NCBI GenBank assembly: GCA_963848965.1
Contig: CAWKFG010000004.1
Coordinates: 320,001 to 384,000 of the forward strand
Direction of reading: 5' to 3'
Source: an uncultured bacterium
GTDB taxonomy: Bacteria > Babelota > Babeliae > Babelales > Babelaceae
Length of the DNA: 64,000 nt
The notes beneath the pieces were generated by a model. It was not told the origin of the DNA and did not search any database. It was given only the letters and a program-made list of their open reading frames with translations. Shown in pieces: positions 60,272 through 64,000 of this stretch. The position numbers and the translations under genes were made by a program. Position 1 is the stretch's first letter. Every line of letters starts with the position of its first letter.

Positions 60272-60404
60272 AAGAGCTTCCTTCTTATAATGAGAAGATT
60301 TTTTACGTTCTTTATTACTATCAAGGCTAGTCAATTTTTTTAAAAATAGTATCATAGAATCACTTATACTCAAAGCAATTTGTTTTAGGGACCCTGGAGT
60401 AAGC

Positions 60405-62906
60405 ATGCCATATCTTACAGAGACTCTTAAAAAAGTCACTTTATTTTTCTGTATCCTCATAGTGTTCATTATTAACCTAGGAGGATCGTTCTTGTCTGCG
60501 CAAGAGCTCAATGAAGAAACGTCTCAAGAAGTGAACGATACTGTAGATGACGATATGCAAGAGGAGGAAGAAGCACCACAACATAAAATTATTCGATCAA
60601 TTATCATTGAAGGTAATACACTTATCTCCCGTGAGGCACTCCTTATAAGGATTCCTTATACAGAAGGAGAAGTATTTAACCCTACAAAAACAGGCGATCT
60701 TATTAGGAATTTGTACGCTTTAAACTATTTTAATAATGTTACGGTAGATATTGAAGATGTATCCCCTACTGAACTTGATCTTTATATTAGAGTACAAGAG
60801 AAAAGAAGAATTGAAGGGGTTACCTATGAAGGAAACAGAAATCTTTCTTCAGATGAAATTGAAAAGAAATTACATCTATCAGATATACCTACCATGGATG
60901 AAGAAGAGTTAGAGCTATACGCCGAACAAATTAAAAGACTCTATATAGAAAAAAACTTTCATTCAGTTTCTATTACAACAGCATTACGACCTACTGAGCG
61001 TGGTACATTTATAGCAACTTTCACGATCTGTGAAGGAAGAAAAGCTCTTGTAAAGCGCGTATATTTTAAAGGGAATAAGTGTATAGCAAGTAGAACCTTA
61101 CGTAAAATGATCTTTACTCGTGAAGATTGGCTTTTTGGCTTTGCTGATAAAGCAGGAACGTATCAACCGGAAGCATTGGAATATGACAAGTATGTTATTG
61201 AAACATATTATCAAAGTAATGGATTTTTAGCCGCTCGAGTAACCGATATTAAAGTAGATGTCGATCCGGTAACACAGCATATTGCAGTAACATTCTGTAT
61301 AGAAGAAGGAGATATTTATACCATAAAATGTGTATCCGCTCCAGGTAATCAACTGCTCTCTGAAGCACAGCTTCTTTCACTTATTCTTATTCGTCCAGGT
61401 CAGCTTTACTCTCGTGAGCTTATTAGACAATCTCTTGAACGTCTTCGTACTGCGTGGGGAAGCTTTGGTTATATTTACGCAGATATAGAACCGATTGTAC
61501 AGCCAAATTTTGAAACAAAAACGGTTGATCTTACTTTTAATAGTGAGCTCGGTACTCAAGTACTTCTTAATCGCGTAAATATCGTTGGTAACTGTAAAAC
61601 GCGCGATTATGTTATTCGACGGGTACTTACTCTTAATGAAGGAGAATTACTTACAACACCTGCTATGGATCTTTCAAAAAGCAGAGTAGAAGCATTGGGG
61701 TTCTTTGATCCTCGTAATGGCGTAGAGTGGAAAATTAATAAAGTATCTGAAGGGCTCGTTGATCTTGATCTTATGCTTAATGAAATAAAAACAGGAAAAC
61801 TATATGGTCAAATTGGCTATGGCGGTGCAGATCCACAGTCACCTTCACGCTCATTCCGAGTAAGTGGTGGTGTCTCTGATAGAAACTTTTTAGGAACAGG
61901 GATACGTTATAACGTTAATCTCAGTTGGTCTCGTGAAGATCGCTCTATTATACTCAACTTGTTCCAGCCATGGGTCTTTAATTACCCTATAGGAGCGGGT
62001 ATTGATGCTTATCATAGAAAGTCTATCTATGAAGATTTTGTAAATATAGCACAAGATGCACCAGAAGAGCGAGTAACAGGAGTTAACGGTCAGTTAGTAT
62101 TTGCACCGCAAAGCTATCCTGATTTGGGTATGGTATTTAACGGTGGTACAGAAAAAATAACGTACTCAAAAAACGTTTTAGCAGCTCCAACTGGAAACAA
62201 AGAACAAAACGTTGCTTTACAAGCGCTTATAAATAGACGGTTTCAACCAGGAATACTTAACTGGCTTGGAGGCAGTATAGGACAAGATCTTCGCAATCAC
62301 CCTGTATTTCCTAGCAGAGGATATAATTGGAGCTTTTCTACCAAAGCTGGTTTAGGACCTCGAACGGGACAAGAGCCAACCTGTTTACCCTATGGTTTCT
62401 TTAAATTTGACTTTGATGCTACCTGGCTTACACCGCTTATTGGAGAATATGATCTTATTTTCCTGCTTCATGGTCACTTTGGATGGGTAAAACCATTTAA
62501 TAACAGCATTGTTCCTTATCGCGAACTATATCATATTGGAGGACCAGCTACAGTACGTGGCTTTAACTACGGTCAAATTGGGCCACAAATTCAGTGCGAT
62601 TCAATAGGTGCTCAAAAAGCATTCTGGGTAAACGCAGAGCTTATATTCTCTATTACGAAAGATCAGTCAATTAGAGGAGTGCTCTTCTACGATGGCGGTG
62701 CTGGCTGGGATACCCCAAATGCTGCTCTTTTCAAGGATTTGCCGTTACAAAACAACAGATTCAAGTACCGTCATTCTATAGGATTTGGTATTCGGCTTAC
62801 ACGCCCTGCACCAATTAAAGTTGATTGGGGCTTCAAGCTTGACAGAAATAAGAAATTAGGCGAAAAATTCTACGAGGTGCATTTTACGATGGCTCAAGAA
62901 TTCTAA
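60405..62906 (+). CDS. bamA: Outer membrane protein assembly factor BamA
   Basis: POTRA repeats, IGG..TVRGF motif, C-terminal Phe. Confidence 0.95.
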   Translation: MPYLTETLKKVTLFFCILIVFIINLGGSFLSAQELNEETSQEVNDTVDDDMQEEEEAPQHKIIRSIIIEGNTLISREALLIRIPYTEGEVFNPTKTGDLIRNLYALNYFNNVTVDIEDVSPTELDLYIRVQEKRRIEGVTYEGNRNLSSDEIEKKLHLSDIPTMDEEELELYAEQIKRLYIEKNFHSVSITTALRPTERGTFIATFTICEGRKALVKRVYFKGNKCIASRTLRKMIFTREDWLFGFADKAGTYQPEALEYDKYVIETYYQSNGFLAARVTDIKVDVDPVTQHIAVTFCIEEGDIYTIKCVSAPGNQLLSEAQLLSLILIRPGQLYSRELIRQSLERLRTAWGSFGYIYADIEPIVQPNFETKTVDLTFNSELGTQVLLNRVNIVGNCKTRDYVIRRVLTLNEGELLTTPAMDLSKSRVEALGFFDPRNGVEWKINKVSEGLVDLDLMLNEIKTGKLYGQIGYGGADPQSPSRSFRVSGGVSDRNFLGTGIRYNVNLSWSREDRSIILNLFQPWVFNYPIGAGIDAYHRKSIYEDFVNIAQDAPEERVTGVNGQLVFAPQSYPDLGMVFNGGTEKITYSKNVLAAPTGNKEQNVALQALINRRFQPGILNWLGGSIGQDLRNHPVFPSRGYNWSFSTKAGLGPRTGQEPTCLPYGFFKFDFDATWLTPLIGEYDLIFLLHGHFGWVKPFNNSIVPYRELYHIGGPATVRGFNYGQIGPQIQCDSIGAQKAFWVNAELIFSITKDQSIRGVLFYDGGAGWDTPNAALFKDLPLQNNRFKYRHSIGFGIRLTRPAPIKVDWGFKLDRNKKLGEKFYEVHFTMAQEF

Positions 62907-62917
62907 GGAGGTGCACT

Positions 62918-63649
62918 ATGATCACATTACGTCACTATGCTCTCATTTTCCTCTGGATTGGATGTATTTTAGGGAGTATTGCCATACTCCCCTATGCTTT
63001 CAGCCTAGCACATCAATCTTTACATGCGCTGTCTTATTCAAAGATTTCTCTTGTAGTCGTACAAAGTGCTCTTCTGTATGGAGCACTTATTATTCTTGGC
63101 TACATTTTTGCACAAAAGATAGGATTTCAAGTTTTTCTCTTTGATCGGTCTGAATATAACTTTTATAATGAACTGCTTATTGGAGTAGCTGCAGGCACCG
63201 TACTTGGTTGTGGCTTATTAGTATTTGATATCTCTTTCTTTACTACTGCACTGCAAGCAACGTACTTGTCTGTTTCACTGACGCTTTTGCAGCCACTGCT
63301 TGCCTCTTTCTATGGAGGAATTAATGAAGAGGTGCTTATGAGGCTCTTTTTACTCCCATTGTGTATATTTATTCTTTCAAAAGCACTAAAAACAGAGCCT
63401 CATTATTGGATCATCTGGGCAAGTATTGTTATCACCGCCTTCATCTTTGGTATCTTACACTTACCTGCTATGCTTCAAGCTGTAAGTCCAAGCCCTTTTG
63501 CTATCTTACGAATTATTATTCTTAATAGTATTGGTGGCATCGTTTTTGGATGGCTCTTCTGGAAAAAGGGGATAGAAATAGCAATGGTCGCTCATTTTAC
63601 TACCGATATTATCATTCATGTACTTCCACGACTTGTGCTTATTTTTTGA
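62918..63649 (+). CDS. CPBP (Abi/CAAX) family intramembrane protease
   Basis: EEVLMR, FGILH, AMVAH. Confidence 0.9.
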   Translation: MITLRHYALIFLWIGCILGSIAILPYAFSLAHQSLHALSYSKISLVVVQSALLYGALIILGYIFAQKIGFQVFLFDRSEYNFYNELLIGVAAGTVLGCGLLVFDISFFTTALQATYLSVSLTLLQPLLASFYGGINEEVLMRLFLLPLCIFILSKALKTEPHYWIIWASIVITAFIFGILHLPAMLQAVSPSPFAILRIIILNSIGGIVFGWLFWKKGIEIAMVAHFTTDIIIHVLPRLVLIF

Positions 63650-63656
63650 TACACCC

Positions 63657-63687
63657 AGCTTCTCTTTTTATCATAAAAAGAGAAGCT
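63657..63687. terminator. Hairpin between convergent genes
   Basis: AGCTTCTCTTTTTA-TCA-TAAAAAGAGAAGCT. Confidence 0.7.
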
Positions 63688-63778
63688 TATTATCTAGATG
63701 GCAAGCAAAAAAGTTATAAAAATTATTAAGGGTTGCATTACTGCAACCCCTCTATATAGATTTACTATATCAAGAAAC

Positions 63779-64000
63779 TTAAATAAATCTTTTCACTTCA
63801 GGATGATGGCTTAAGAGCTCTTCTAAAGCTTTTTCTGCACGGACTCGTTCTTGCAGAGTTTTTGCCTGCTCTATGCGCTCTTTTTTTTGTTTATAGAGCG
63901 CTCGAGACTTACTGGGACTAAAAGGTAAATCTAGTGAAAATTCAGAATATCTTTTTGCAAGTTCTTCTATTTGACGAGCTATTTTAAAATATTCTTCATC
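63779..64000 (-). CDS. Hypothetical protein, C-terminal fragment running off the window
   Basis: Open frame DEEYFKIARQIEELAKRY...HHPEVKRFI*. Confidence 0.55.
   Translation of the reverse strand, partial: DEEYFKIARQIEELAKRYSEFSLDLPFSPSKSRALYKQKKERIEQAKTLQERVRAEKALEELLSHHPEVKRFI

Noticed and set aside
60272..60511. N-terminal extension of CysS overlapping the bamA start
   Set aside because: CysS homology begins near 60250; the extension is an open-frame artefact across a divergent promoter
1..64000. CRISPR array or cas genes associated with TnpB
   Set aside because: No regularly spaced repeats seen; repetitiveness is limited to ankyrin, WD40 and Cache coding repeats

Overview
AT-rich bacterial chromosomal window. 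Gene content suggests an intracellular parasite of protists, most like Ca. Dependentiae (TM6/Babelota); this is inferred from content, not from a marker search. Housekeeping genes (tmk, holB, rsmA, mreB, glmU, sbcD, surA-like, lspA, pheT, murB, trhO, trxA, cysS, bamA, tRNA-Ser(CGA)) are interleaved with many exported eukaryote-like proteins: ankyrin, WD40, double RING, MYND and F-box-like. Main observations: (1) About 16 unrelated candidate effectors share a signal peptide followed directly by small-residue-Met-(Glu/Gln/Ser), which the recognisable envelope proteins lack; this may be an effector-sorting or host N-terminus-mimic signal. (2) A probable ubiquitin-hijacking toolkit, including an unnamed ~100-aa F-box-like domain family. 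(3) A compact, catalytically intact 310-aa TnpB with readable IS200/IS605 ends and reRNA region, next to a broken hicA and an intact hicB. (4) An archease-RtcB-(two paralogs)-ThpR RNA repair cluster. (5) Relics missing from the ORF track: hicA, an ISKra4-like transposase fragment, a sirtuin half-gene and two orphan IS200/605-type right ends. (6) Apparent pseudo-enzymes (Fic, tandem HEPN-like) and a stand-alone tetra-Cache protein. No CRISPR array or rRNA was seen.
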